Part shown: piece by piece, positions 19,690-28,797 of the stretch | Layout: each line of letters opens with the position of its first letter | How positions within the stretch are numbered: position 1 is the stretch's first letter | Assembly: GCA_015492715.1 (NCBI GenBank) | Contig: WGEO01000154.1 | Coordinates: forward strand, 1 to 44,599 | DNA length: 44,599 nucleotides | Direction: 5' to 3' | Source: Phycisphaerales bacterium | Lineage (GTDB): Bacteria; Planctomycetota; Phycisphaerae; Phycisphaerales; UBA1924 | The notes under the pieces: model-generated | Told to the model about the DNA's origin: nothing | Database searches by the model: none | The model's input: only the letters and a program-made list of their open reading frames with translations | Made by a program: the position numbers and the translations under genes

Positions 19690-20742
19690 CTACGGCTCCA
19701 TCGCCGCCAGAATCGCCTCGCACGCCCCGCGCGGATCCTCGCTGGAGCACACGGCGCTACTGACGGCAACCCCCCGGCAACCGGCGCCGGCCAGTTCTCG
19801 CACATTCCCCGGGTGGATCCCGCTGATGGCAAGATGGGGCAGGCTCGCACTGGCAGGATCCTGCACGACCTCACGGACCAGTTCCACGCCGCGCACGAAT
19901 CCCCGGGCCTTGGTCGTGCTGGGAAAGATCGGCCCCAGGCCCAGGTAGTCCGTTCCCGCACGCGCCGCCTCCCGAGCCTGCTCCAGACTGCTGCACGAGA
20001 CCCCAACGAGCAGCGCATCGCCGGCGATGGCACGCACATCGCGCACGCTCAGGTCCTGCTGCCCTACATGCACGCCGTCGCAGCGGGCTGCCAGGGCGAT
20101 ATCGGGGCGGTCGTTGACGATCACGCTGACGCCATGCGGGCGCGCAAGGGCGACCATCGCGCAAGCCCGCTCCAGCAACGCGCAGTCGTCCAGACTCTTC
20201 TCACGCAACTGCAGGCACTCGGCCCCGCCCTCGATCGCCGCCCGCGCCACCGCCTCCCACGGATGATGCGTGCACAGGGCCTCGCTGATGAGGACGCACA
20301 GACGCCACTGGCGGGCACGACCACCGAGCAGGGCCAGGGCGACACGCTGCGAGAGTTCGTAGGTCCGATAGCGGATGGCTTCGGCACGCGTCGCAGCCTC
20401 CGGCGAGTGCAGTTTGGCCAACTCCTCGATCGTGCGCAGGGCCTGCGATGCGCGCGCGCCGGCTGCCTCTGCGATCGAGCACAGATCGTCCCGGGCCTGC
20501 TCGCCCAGCGTGCTGGAACGCGTCCCGATGTCTCCCGGCGTGTCGCGCCACGACAGACGCTGCGCGTCGCGGGGAACCAGATCGCTGCGGATCTCGGCGA
20601 TCGCATGGCGGGCCGTCTTCAGTTCCCGCTGGGCATGGGCGTCATCGAGGCCGAAGCGTGCGAGATCCTCCAGCGTCCGGAGGGCCTCCTGAGCACGGTT
20701 GCAGCAGGCGTCGAGCATCCTGATCGCATCGCCCCGCATCAT
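19690..20742 (-). CDS. thiE: Thiamine-phosphate synthase with an N-terminal helical-repeat domain
   Basis: The C-terminal ~200 aa (...LQLREKSL...VIVNDRPDIALAARCDGVHVGQQDL...VGVSCSS...GTDYLGLGPIFPSTTK...) is ThiE. I chose the ATGATG start at 20742/20739, after GGAGAG. The track extension to 20835 has poor GC3. Confidence 0.88.
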   Translation of the reverse strand: MMRGDAIRMLDACCNRAQEALRTLEDLARFGLDDAHAQRELKTARHAIAEIRSDLVPRDAQRLSWRDTPGDIGTRSSTLGEQARDDLCSIAEAAGARASQALRTIEELAKLHSPEAATRAEAIRYRTYELSQRVALALLGGRARQWRLCVLISEALCTHHPWEAVARAAIEGGAECLQLREKSLDDCALLERACAMVALARPHGVSVIVNDRPDIALAARCDGVHVGQQDLSVRDVRAIAGDALLVGVSCSSLEQAREAARAGTDYLGLGPIFPSTTKARGFVRGVELVREVVQDPASASLPHLAISGIHPGNVRELAGAGCRGVAVSSAVCSSEDPRGACEAILAAMEP

Positions 20743-20836
20743 GGCGCTCTCCACGAGGGACCTCGGGACCCGCCGCACGCACGGCGATTCGGTCCCTGCA
20801 CTGGCTTTTTCCCCGGATCCTCGGCACAATAGCATC

Positions 20837-21571
20837 GTGAGCGAGCCCTATGCCCTGGAACCCGAGCCGACGCCACCCAGCCTGTGGGGCAGGACGGTGG
20901 TGTGCGAGAGCCTGGACGACTCGATCGGAGCCCTCGCCGCCGACCTGCTGCATCAGGCCATGGCGTGTGTCAACGCGTTCGGGTCGTTTCATCTGGGCGT
21001 TTCGGGCGATCCGATGCTCGAGCCCGTCTATCGACGCCTGATGTACGATCCCCCGCTGCGTTCGTTGCCCTGGGCCAAGACCCACCTCTGGCTCGTCGAC
21101 GAGGTGGCCGGAGAAGAGCCGACGCGGTTTGGGGTCGTGGATGAGCTGCTGGCAATGCACTCGGGCGTGCCGCGATCGCAGGTCCACCGGATCCGCCCGG
21201 ATGTCACGGACCCGGCGGGCTCATACCAGCGCGAGTTGCAGGATGTGCTGGAGTGGCGTGAACGCGGGCACGATCGCCTGGACATGATCGTCCTGGCGCT
21301 TGCCGACGCGGAGCCGAATCTGGCTCTGACGGGCCTGCGATCCGACGCTCAGCCCTTGGTGGCCCAGGACGCCGGGCGGATTGCGATGACGCCGCGACTC
21401 GTCAATGCCTCACGGTTGATCGGGATCTTCGCCCCGGGGGTTGATTGCCGCACCCGCCTGCTGGATCTCCAGAAGGATGCGGCATCGCCGTGGCGCAGCA
21501 TCCGTCCGACGGGCGGCTCACTGCACTGGTATCTGGACCGCGAGGCGTGTGTCCTCGCCCAAGACGCATAG
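20837..21571 (+). CDS. pgl: 6-phosphogluconolactonase-like protein (SOL/DevB/NagB superfamily)
   Basis: It reads ...GSFHLGVSGDPMLEPVYRRL...WAKTHLWLVDE...LDMIVLALADAEPNLA.... The start is uncertain: GTG 20837 or ATG 20741. The latter would share a CATG with the thiE start. Confidence 0.7.
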   Translation: MSEPYALEPEPTPPSLWGRTVVCESLDDSIGALAADLLHQAMACVNAFGSFHLGVSGDPMLEPVYRRLMYDPPLRSLPWAKTHLWLVDEVAGEEPTRFGVVDELLAMHSGVPRSQVHRIRPDVTDPAGSYQRELQDVLEWRERGHDRLDMIVLALADAEPNLALTGLRSDAQPLVAQDAGRIAMTPRLVNASRLIGIFAPGVDCRTRLLDLQKDAASPWRSIRPTGGSLHWYLDREACVLAQDA

Positions 21572-22372
21572 ATGGCGATTCTGAGCGTCGAACCCAACGA
21601 GCGGATCACCTTCCGCGTCGCCCACGAGGACGAGCATCTGCTCGTCGTGGAAAAGCGTGCCGGGCTGGTGACGCATCCGGGGATCGGGCACGAACGCGAT
21701 ACGCTGCTGAATGGGTTGTTTGCCCGATTCGGCCCGCGTCTGCAGAACCTCGGGCAGCGCCGAGACTTCGGCCTCGTCCAGCGACTGGATCGTGAGACGA
21801 GCGGGCTGCTGCTGGTGGCCCTCAGCCTCGCCGCCCATGAGCGTCTGTACGAGATGATCCGGGCGCGTGAGATCGAGAAGTTCTACTGGGCCATCGTGGC
21901 TCGCCCCCCGCGTGATCGACAGGGGGTCGTGCGGCTCTCGCTGCGTGAGGTCGTCCGCCCGATCAACCGCTACAAGAACGAGCGGATCGCGCAGATCGCA
22001 CGCGACGGCAAGCCCGCCCTGACCGCGTATCGGACGCTGGAGACCAGCCCGCATGGTGCCCTGCTCGAGGCCAGGCCCGTCACCGGAAGACTGCACCAGA
22101 TCCGCGTGCATCTGGACGCGATCGGGTGTCCCATCCTGGGGGATCCGCAGTACGGGCCAAAGCACGCACGGGCGATGGCCCCACGCCTGTGCCTGCATGC
22201 GCATCGCCTGCGTCTGGTGCATCCGGTGACGGGGGATGTGCTCGACATCCGCTCGTCGATGCCGCGCGATCTGCGCCGGGTGCTGCGCGAACTGCGCCTG
22301 TCTCTGCCTGCGCCCTCAGCACAGCACGGCGAGAAGGTCGCGGGCGATGGCGTCGGCGAAGAGGAATCCTGA
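21572..22372 (+). CDS. RluA-family pseudouridine synthase without an S4 domain
   Basis: 266 aa with ...LVQRLDRETSGLLLVA... and ...GRLHQIRVHLDAIGCPILGDPQYG. The ATG immediately follows the pgl TAG stop. Confidence 0.92.
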   Translation: MAILSVEPNERITFRVAHEDEHLLVVEKRAGLVTHPGIGHERDTLLNGLFARFGPRLQNLGQRRDFGLVQRLDRETSGLLLVALSLAAHERLYEMIRAREIEKFYWAIVARPPRDRQGVVRLSLREVVRPINRYKNERIAQIARDGKPALTAYRTLETSPHGALLEARPVTGRLHQIRVHLDAIGCPILGDPQYGPKHARAMAPRLCLHAHRLRLVHPVTGDVLDIRSSMPRDLRRVLRELRLSLPAPSAQHGEKVAGDGVGEEES

Positions 22373-23566
22373 CGGCGTGGGGACCACCCGATCGCCCGCC
22401 CGCTGGAGGCAGCCCTGATCGATCCACTTCTCACGGACCCGGGCCAGGTGCGCGGACAGATCCGGCGCGATGGTACGGGCGGCGTCCTCGACCTCGCACC
22501 AGGGCACGCCCTCGCGCAGGCGAAGGCCGGTCATGAGGCGTTCGCCCAGGGCCCGCGCGGAATCCGGCTCTTCCACATCGATCGCGGGTGGAAGCCCATC
22601 CCCGGAAGCGAGGTATCGCCCCAGGTGCGGGATGTCCTTCCATCGCCAGCCCGCCACATGCCCGCTGGCCGACGGCCCGGCACAGAGCCACGGTTCCTGA
22701 CGCCAATAGACGAGATTGTGCGCACATTCGTGTCCCTGTCGGGCGAAGTTGCTCACCTCATAGCGGTCGAGTCCGCGTTCGGCGAGGCGCTCGATGACCC
22801 GCTCGTACATCGCGACCTCGAGGCTCTCCTCGACGGGCGAGACCTGCCCCATCCGCACGCGCCGCGTCAGCGGCGTGTTGGGCTCGTAGGTCAGCGCATA
22901 GCAGGACATGTGCGACGGTTCGAGGGCGAGGGCCTCGTCCAGATCGGACTCGAGTTCCTCCAGGGTCTGGGTGCAGATGGCGAAGATCAGGTCGAGGCTG
23001 ATCCGCTCGATCCCCGCCCGGCGGGCCCGCTCGACGGCGATCGCCACTGAAGACGGCTGGTGCCAGCGTTCGAGCACCTTGAGCAGACGGGGCTGGAAGG
23101 ACTGGGCGCCGATGCTGATCCGGTTGACGCCCGCGTCCGCGAGCAGCACCAGGAGGTCGGGCTCGGCGGTCTCGGGATTGCACTCGACGGTCCACTCGCC
23201 TCGCCCCCGGCGGATCGGGGACAGGTCGAAGAACCCGTCGATCGCACGGATGAGGCGATCCCAACAGGCGGGGACGAGCAGGGTGGGCGTGCCTCCGCCG
23301 ACGAAGACCGTCTCGAGCGGACCCGCGAATGGGGCGAGCTCGGCGAGTTCGGCGATGAGGCGATCGGTGAACGCGTTCTGGCGATCGCGTGAGTCGACGA
23401 TGCTGTAGAAGTCGCAGTAGTGGCACTTGTGGAAGCAGAAGGGGATGTGGATGTAGAGTGATCGGACGCTCCTACTCGGGGAAACCCCGTGGAGGGGATG
23501 TCTGTGGGGCACGAATGCGTGGTCCGGCGATTGCCCTGTGATCGGAATGGCGATATTGTCAGGCAT
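22316..23566 (-). CDS. hemW: Radical SAM heme chaperone HemW (coproporphyrinogen III oxidase-like)
   Basis: 416 aa from ATG 23566, with LYIHIPFCFHKCHYCDFYS and ...VFVGGGTPTLL.... It is convergent with the pseudouridine synthase gene and overlaps it by 57 nt. Confidence 0.9.
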   Translation of the reverse strand: MPDNIAIPITGQSPDHAFVPHRHPLHGVSPSRSVRSLYIHIPFCFHKCHYCDFYSIVDSRDRQNAFTDRLIAELAELAPFAGPLETVFVGGGTPTLLVPACWDRLIRAIDGFFDLSPIRRGRGEWTVECNPETAEPDLLVLLADAGVNRISIGAQSFQPRLLKVLERWHQPSSVAIAVERARRAGIERISLDLIFAICTQTLEELESDLDEALALEPSHMSCYALTYEPNTPLTRRVRMGQVSPVEESLEVAMYERVIERLAERGLDRYEVSNFARQGHECAHNLVYWRQEPWLCAGPSASGHVAGWRWKDIPHLGRYLASGDGLPPAIDVEEPDSARALGERLMTGLRLREGVPWCEVEDAARTIAPDLSAHLARVREKWIDQGCLQRAGDRVVPTPSGFLFADAIARDLLAVLC

Positions 23567-23629
23567 GAGGGCGGGGCGCCCCGCCCGAAGCGTGGAGCCG
23601 GCGGGACCGGCAGAGAGGATAGCGCGGGC

Positions 23630-24106
23630 GTGCAGGCCAGCCTGATCGTGGTCAAGAGCGACGGGAGCACGGCGACGGTGCCGCTGACCAAGGCGCGTGT
23701 CGTCGTGGGTCGGGATGTGAGTTGCCAGATCCGGGTGCCCAAGCCCGAGGTCTCCCGCGAGCACTGCGAGTTTCTCGTGGCAGGCGATCGCGTCGCCCTT
23801 CGCGATCTTGGGTCTTCCAACGGTTCGTTCGTCAACGGCGAGCGGGTGAGCGAGGCGAGCCTCTCGGCGGGGGATGTGGTGGCGATCGGCCCCTGCTCGT
23901 TCGTGATCAGCGTCGACGGGTCCCCGAGCGAGGAGGAGGCTCCTCAACTGGTGGCGAGGCTGGCCCAGAAGGCACGGGCCGGCGGCGCCGACGAGAGCGA
24001 CAGTTTCGCGGGGCTCGGACCTATCGTGGATGACCCGGACTCCAGCAGTCTGATGGATTTCGACATTGACCTTGATGACGACGATGACGATCAGCCCGCC
24101 CTGTGA
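23630..24106 (+). CDS. FHA domain protein with an acidic C-terminal tail
   Basis: It reads ...VVVGRDVSCQIRVPKPEVSREHCEFLVAGDRVALRDLGSSNGSFVNGERV... and ends DFDIDLDDDDDDQPAL. GTG 23630 after GAGAGGA was chosen; upstream in-frame starts would overlap hemW. Confidence 0.8.
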   Translation: MQASLIVVKSDGSTATVPLTKARVVVGRDVSCQIRVPKPEVSREHCEFLVAGDRVALRDLGSSNGSFVNGERVSEASLSAGDVVAIGPCSFVISVDGSPSEEEAPQLVARLAQKARAGGADESDSFAGLGPIVDDPDSSSLMDFDIDLDDDDDDQPAL

Positions 24107-24232
24107 TTCTGTGCAGCAGGGCGAGGACGAGGTAAGGCAGATGGATGCACCCGCGCCGCACGGCCCGGGTGCTGTTCATTTTGGCGTATGGCGATCCGTG
24201 GATCGGGGTCGCATGCGTGGAAGGAGCGGTGC

Positions 24233-24991
24233 ATGAGCGTAACGGACAAGCTTCTCCGCCTGTTTCGGGTCGATCGCCAGATCGGTGGGCTCGAGGGACG
24301 CCTGAAGAGTGCCGAGCGGTTTCTGGCAGCCCAGAAGAAGGCGTTGGCGGACCTCGTGGCCCGCCATGAGTCGCTGAGCGCCCAGATGCGTCAACTCAGT
24401 GCGAGTTGTGCCAATCTGGAGGGCGAGGCGTCGGCCATCGGCGAGCGGATCGAGCAGCTGCGAGAGCGGATGAACACGGCCAGCACGAACAAGGAGTATC
24501 AGGCCACGCTGGTCGAGGTGGGCAAGCTGACGGCGGACAAGGGGCGTCTGGACGAGCAGGCCCTGGAGTTGATGGAGAAGATCGAGGAACTCAAGGGCGA
24601 GTTGGAGACGCTGGAGGGTGAGATCGGCGAACGCAAGAAGATGGTCGAGGTCGCGACCCAGCAGCGCGACGAGCGGGCCGAGGAGATCCGCGAGAAGGTC
24701 GAGCAGCTGCGTGCCCAGCGTGAGGAGATCGCCGGCGAAGTGGACGCCTCGGCGATGCGGGTCTACGAGGCCCGTCGTGAGCGATTCGACGACGACGACG
24801 AGATCATGGCGGCGCTGGTGGCGCAGAACCTCCGTCGGCACGAGTTCACTTGCGGGTCGTGCATGATGGCCGTCCCCGTGGACATCGTGACCAGCCTGGC
24901 CTCGGGGCGTCTGTGCACCTGCACCTCGTGCGGGGTGATCCTGTACCTCGAGGAGGAGACCGCCGAGAAACTCGTCGCAGGCAAGAAGTGA
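24233..24991 (+). CDS. Coiled-coil / C4 zinc-ribbon protein (COG1579/DUF164-like)
   Basis: 252 aa from ATG 24233, after GGAAGGAG. It has a long heptad-rich region followed by ...FTCGSCMMAVP...LCTCTSCGVILY. Confidence 0.8.
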   Translation: MSVTDKLLRLFRVDRQIGGLEGRLKSAERFLAAQKKALADLVARHESLSAQMRQLSASCANLEGEASAIGERIEQLRERMNTASTNKEYQATLVEVGKLTADKGRLDEQALELMEKIEELKGELETLEGEIGERKKMVEVATQQRDERAEEIREKVEQLRAQREEIAGEVDASAMRVYEARRERFDDDDEIMAALVAQNLRRHEFTCGSCMMAVPVDIVTSLASGRLCTCTSCGVILYLEEETAEKLVAGKK

Positions 24992-24998
24992 TCGCGTC

Positions 24999-26414
24999 GT
25001 GATGACGGGGGTGCGACGGGCGCGAGGTGGGCGCGCGAGCATGTGGATCGTTCCGGCGCTGGTCTTCCTCAGCGTCACACTCCCGCACTTGGAGCAGGGT
25101 GCGTATCGCAAGGACACCGGGCGGTATGCGGCAGTCGCCCTGGACGCCTTCGAGCATGGGGCGTGGTGGACACTGGAACTCGGCCCCGGACGCCCGTACT
25201 TCAACAAGCCGCCGCTCGTGTTCTGGATCCACGGCCTGGTGCTGGATCTGCTCGGACCGGGTGTTATCGCGGCCCGCCTGCCGAGCGTGCTCTGCGGGCT
25301 GGCGATCGTGCTGCTGACGGTTGCTGTCGTTCGAACGATGGGGGTCGGTCGAGCCGCACTCGCCAGCGGCGTGGTGCTGGCTCTGACCTACGAGTTCTTC
25401 CGTCGGACGCGTGAGATCAGCCTCGATCTGTGGCAACTGGCGTTCCTGATGCTCGCGATGCTGCTGCTCGTCCAGGGCGTGCGGAGGGATCGCGGCCTGC
25501 TCATAGCACTCAGCGGCGTAGGGGTCGGGCTGGCGCTCATGTGCAAGCCGTTCGTGGCCCTCATCTTTTTCCCTGTCGCGCTCGCATGGCTCCTGATCAT
25601 GCGTCGCTGGCGGCTGGCGGCATGGCTCGGGGCTGCGCTTGGCATCGCGGTGCTGATCGCGGCCCCGTGGCATGTGTCGATGGGGCTGCTGCATGGCGAT
25701 GCGTTCTGGGATCAGTATCTCGGGCGACAGGTGCTGGAACGAGCCATGGGGAAGATCAATACGCAGGGGCCGCTGTATTACCCGTTCCTGATCGGCACGA
25801 CATACTGGCCGTGGATGATCCCCTGTTTCATGGGCTTCGTCGTGCTCGTGCGTTGCCCCCGCTCCACGATCGTCATGGGCATCGAGAAACGGTTGCTGGT
25901 GCTCCTGACGATCTGGCTGGGCGTGTGGGCGATCGTGCTGATGAGTTTTCCTGACAAGCGCCCTCGCTATTCCGTGCCGATCTACCCGGCACTCAGCGTC
26001 TTCGCGGGGGCTTTCCTCGTCTGTGCGCTGCCGATCCCTTGGCGAGACAGAGCGCGACGATTCACCATGACGATCTGGATCCCGATGCTGGTCCTGGGCT
26101 TCCTGCTTGCCCTGCTGCCGGTCCGGGTGCAACGCGGACCCGATCCGGAGTGGACGAGCCTGTTCGCGTGGCTCGAAGAACAGGGCATCCGAACCCTTTA
26201 CAGTTCCGGCATCAGCACGAACGAGCAGGGCTGGTATCGACTGGAGACGGGCGTCTGGCCCGTTTCCCTCGCAGACGAGATGCGCGAGCCGGTAGCGGCA
26301 CCGCCCGGGGCGCTGGTGCTCGTGCGCGACGATGCTCCGGAGCCCCCGGTTGGCGAGGTGCTCTTTGCCTCCAGCGGCGGGCGCCTGCGGGTGGTGCGTG
26401 TGACGGATGATTAG
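24999..26414 (+). CDS. ArnT/PMT-family membrane glycosyltransferase (COG1807-like)
   Basis: About 460-471 aa, polytopic. The N-terminal loop ...RYAAVALDAFEHGAWWTLELGPGRPYFNKPPLVFWIHGL... is characteristic of the family. The start is GTG 24999, ATG 25002 or ATG 25041. Confidence 0.82.
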   Translation: MMTGVRRARGGRASMWIVPALVFLSVTLPHLEQGAYRKDTGRYAAVALDAFEHGAWWTLELGPGRPYFNKPPLVFWIHGLVLDLLGPGVIAARLPSVLCGLAIVLLTVAVVRTMGVGRAALASGVVLALTYEFFRRTREISLDLWQLAFLMLAMLLLVQGVRRDRGLLIALSGVGVGLALMCKPFVALIFFPVALAWLLIMRRWRLAAWLGAALGIAVLIAAPWHVSMGLLHGDAFWDQYLGRQVLERAMGKINTQGPLYYPFLIGTTYWPWMIPCFMGFVVLVRCPRSTIVMGIEKRLLVLLTIWLGVWAIVLMSFPDKRPRYSVPIYPALSVFAGAFLVCALPIPWRDRARRFTMTIWIPMLVLGFLLALLPVRVQRGPDPEWTSLFAWLEEQGIRTLYSSGISTNEQGWYRLETGVWPVSLADEMREPVAAPPGALVLVRDDAPEPPVGEVLFASSGGRLRVVRVTDD

Positions 26415-27442
26415 AACAGTGCCGGGGGCTGCTCGGGCGTGGGCGGGGATGCCCCCAGATGCTCACAGGCCTGTGCCGTAAGCGAGCGACCCCGACGCGT
26501 ACGGGCGAGGAATCCGATCTGCAGGAGATACGGCTCGACGAGGTCCTCGAGGGTACCCGCGTCCTCGTTCATGGTCGCTGCGATCGTTTCCAGCCCCACC
26601 GGACCGCCCCTGTAGGTCGTCAGGATGGTCCGCAGGTACTTGCGATCGAGTTCGTCCAGCCCCAGTTCGTCGACGCCTTCGAGGCGGAGCGAGTCGTCGA
26701 CAATCTCGGGTGTCAGGCGTCCATCATGGCGGACCTGGGCGTAGTCTCGCACACGCCGGAGCAGCCGGTTTGCGATGCGCGGCGTGCCCCTGCTTCGTCG
26801 TGCGATCGCCTCCAGGGCTTCGCTGTCTGCCCCCTCGATGGCGAGCAGGCGGCAGGACCGTTCGAGGATCTCGAGCAGTTCCTCGGGCTCGTAGAACCGG
26901 AGGTGATGCGTCAGCCCGAACCGTGAGCGGAGCGGCGCACTGAGCAGGCCGGCCCGGGTCGTGGCGCCGATCAGCGTGAACGGCTTGCAGTCGAGCTGGA
27001 TGGTGCGGGCGTGCATCCCGCTGTCGATGCGGACATCGATCCGGAAGTCCTCCATCGCCGGATAGACGAACTCCTCGACGGCGACGGGGAGGCGGTGGAT
27101 CTCGTCGATGAAGAGGACATCGCCCGCCTCGAGGCGTGTGAGGACGCTGACGAGGTCCGTGCCCTTGGTCAGGGCCGGCCCGCTGGTCGCATGGACACGG
27201 GCGCCCATCTCGTGGGCGATGACATGGGCGAGGGTGGTCTTGCCCAGCCCCGGGGGGCCATGCAGGAGGATGTGATCGATCGCTTCGCCACGAGCCCGTC
27301 CGGCGTCGATCGCGATGCCCAGACGCTCGATGAGCTCGCTCTGCCCGACATACTCGTCGATCGAGGCGGGACGGAGGGACCAGTTTGCCTGCTCGTCGAG
27401 CGGTCCTGCGGCGTCGGCGGCGATGATGCGCTGCGTGGTCAT
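26411..27442 (-). CDS. ruvB: Holliday junction branch migration helicase RuvB
   Basis: 343 aa from ATG 27442, with the Walker A motif LLHGPPGLGKTTLA, ...VLFIDEIHRL... and ...TPRIANRLLRRVRD.... No ruvA or ruvC gene is adjacent. Confidence 0.96.
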   Translation of the reverse strand: MTTQRIIAADAAGPLDEQANWSLRPASIDEYVGQSELIERLGIAIDAGRARGEAIDHILLHGPPGLGKTTLAHVIAHEMGARVHATSGPALTKGTDLVSVLTRLEAGDVLFIDEIHRLPVAVEEFVYPAMEDFRIDVRIDSGMHARTIQLDCKPFTLIGATTRAGLLSAPLRSRFGLTHHLRFYEPEELLEILERSCRLLAIEGADSEALEAIARRSRGTPRIANRLLRRVRDYAQVRHDGRLTPEIVDDSLRLEGVDELGLDELDRKYLRTILTTYRGGPVGLETIAATMNEDAGTLEDLVEPYLLQIGFLARTRRGRSLTAQACEHLGASPPTPEQPPALF

Positions 27443-27528
27443 GGCCCTCAGTGTATCGGCAGGTCCGGCGAGATGGGGCGAATCGTTCGGGTCATGTCCG
27501 GATGATGGGGGCGCCGATACCATGGGGC

Positions 27529-28776
27529 ATGGCGATCACCTTCGAGAAGTGCGTGCTGGGCAACGGGCTGACGGTCATCGCAGAGGTGGATCCGGAGGCT
27601 CAGACGAGTGCCTGCGGGTTCTTCGTCCGAACGGGCGCACGCGACGAGCCGCATGCTCTGATGGGTGTCAGCCACTTCCTCGAGCACATGATGTTCAAGG
27701 GCACGGCGGACCTCAGCGCCGAGGACATCAACCGGGGCTTCGACGAGATCGGGGCAAGGAACAACGCGTATACGAGTCACGAGATGACCGTCTTCTTTGC
27801 GCAGGTGCTCGGCGAGCACCTGGGACGGGCGGTCGATCTGCTCGGGCGGATGATGCGTCCGGCCCTGCGCCAGGAGGATTTCGATACAGAGAAGCAGGTG
27901 ATCCTGGAAGAGATCGCCATGTACGAGGACAACCCCTTCTGGGTGCTCTACGAGCAAGTGTGCGAGCGGCATTATCGCGATGACCCGCTGGGCCATCGTG
28001 TGCTGGGGACACCCGAGACGATCCGCGCACTGACCCGGGATCAGATGCTCACCTACTTCCGGGATCGCTACTCGGCGGACAATACCGTGGTTGCGCTCGC
28101 CGGGCGTCTCGACTTCGACGCGACGGTCGCGCAGATCGAGGACCTCTGCGGATGGTGGGAGGCGACCTGCCCGCGGCGGGAACGGAGCGTGCCCGAGATC
28201 GTCGGCGGACACTTCGAGCAGCGCAGCGAGCGCGTGCACCGGGGCTATGCCCTCGCCTTGGCCCCGGCTCCGAGCGTGCAGGACGACCGACGGTACGCGG
28301 CGAGCCTGCTGGCGCAGATCCTCGGAGCGCCGGAGAACAGCCGCCTGCACTGGGCACTGCTGGAGCCGGGGATCGCTGAGGAGGCGCAGGCGTCGTTCGA
28401 CCCGCACGATGGGATCGGGCAATCGTTCGTCTATGCCTCGGGCGACCCGGATCGCCTCGAGGAGATCTGGTCGATCATCGAACGCGAGATCGCGTCCCTG
28501 GTAGACACGATCGAGAACGAGGAGTTGGAGCGGTTCAAGGCGCGTGCCCAGACGCAGATCACGATCGCGGGCGAACGCCCCGGCGACCGGATGCAGCGTC
28601 TCGGGCGCGTATGGACGGCTCTGGGCGAGTATCGGACCCTGGACGAGGAACTCGACCGCCTCCGACAGGTAACGGTCGCCGATGTACGGGCGGTCTTCGA
28701 GGCGTTCCCCTTTGTCCCTCGGACGGTCGGGATGCTGGCACCGGCCCCGTCCTCGAGTGCGGCATCGACCGGTTGA
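27529..28776 (+). CDS. M16 (pitrilysin/insulinase) family zinc peptidase
   Basis: 415 aa from ATG 27529. The inverted zinc motif HFLEH occurs in GVSHFLEHMMFKGT. It is a single copy; no partner M16 subunit is in the window. Confidence 0.9.
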   Translation: MAITFEKCVLGNGLTVIAEVDPEAQTSACGFFVRTGARDEPHALMGVSHFLEHMMFKGTADLSAEDINRGFDEIGARNNAYTSHEMTVFFAQVLGEHLGRAVDLLGRMMRPALRQEDFDTEKQVILEEIAMYEDNPFWVLYEQVCERHYRDDPLGHRVLGTPETIRALTRDQMLTYFRDRYSADNTVVALAGRLDFDATVAQIEDLCGWWEATCPRRERSVPEIVGGHFEQRSERVHRGYALALAPAPSVQDDRRYAASLLAQILGAPENSRLHWALLEPGIAEEAQASFDPHDGIGQSFVYASGDPDRLEEIWSIIEREIASLVDTIENEELERFKARAQTQITIAGERPGDRMQRLGRVWTALGEYRTLDEELDRLRQVTVADVRAVFEAFPFVPRTVGMLAPAPSSSAASTG

Positions 28777-28797
28777 GGACAGGGCCTTCAGCGAAGT

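Noticed and set aside
20743-20836. A possible TPP riboswitch upstream of thiE
   Set aside because: The conserved CUGAGA and pyrophosphate-sensor helix sequences are absent on either strand. Only a generic GC hairpin is present.
22316-22372. A 57-nt convergent overlap of the RluA-family gene and hemW. Smaller convergent overlaps or abutments also occur at 14220-14225, 16694/16695 and 26411-26414.
   Set aside because: These are 3'-end overlaps of convergent genes and are ordinary in compact high-GC genomes. The non-conserved C-terminal tails probably account for them. I see no sign of a functional element.
24176-26132. Minus-strand ORFs of 343 aa and 428 aa opposite the coiled-coil zinc-ribbon gene and the ArnT-like glycosyltransferase
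   Set aside because: Their composition is extremely His/Arg/Asp/Gln/Pro-rich, and they lie antisense to genes with clear family signatures. They are shadow ORFs.
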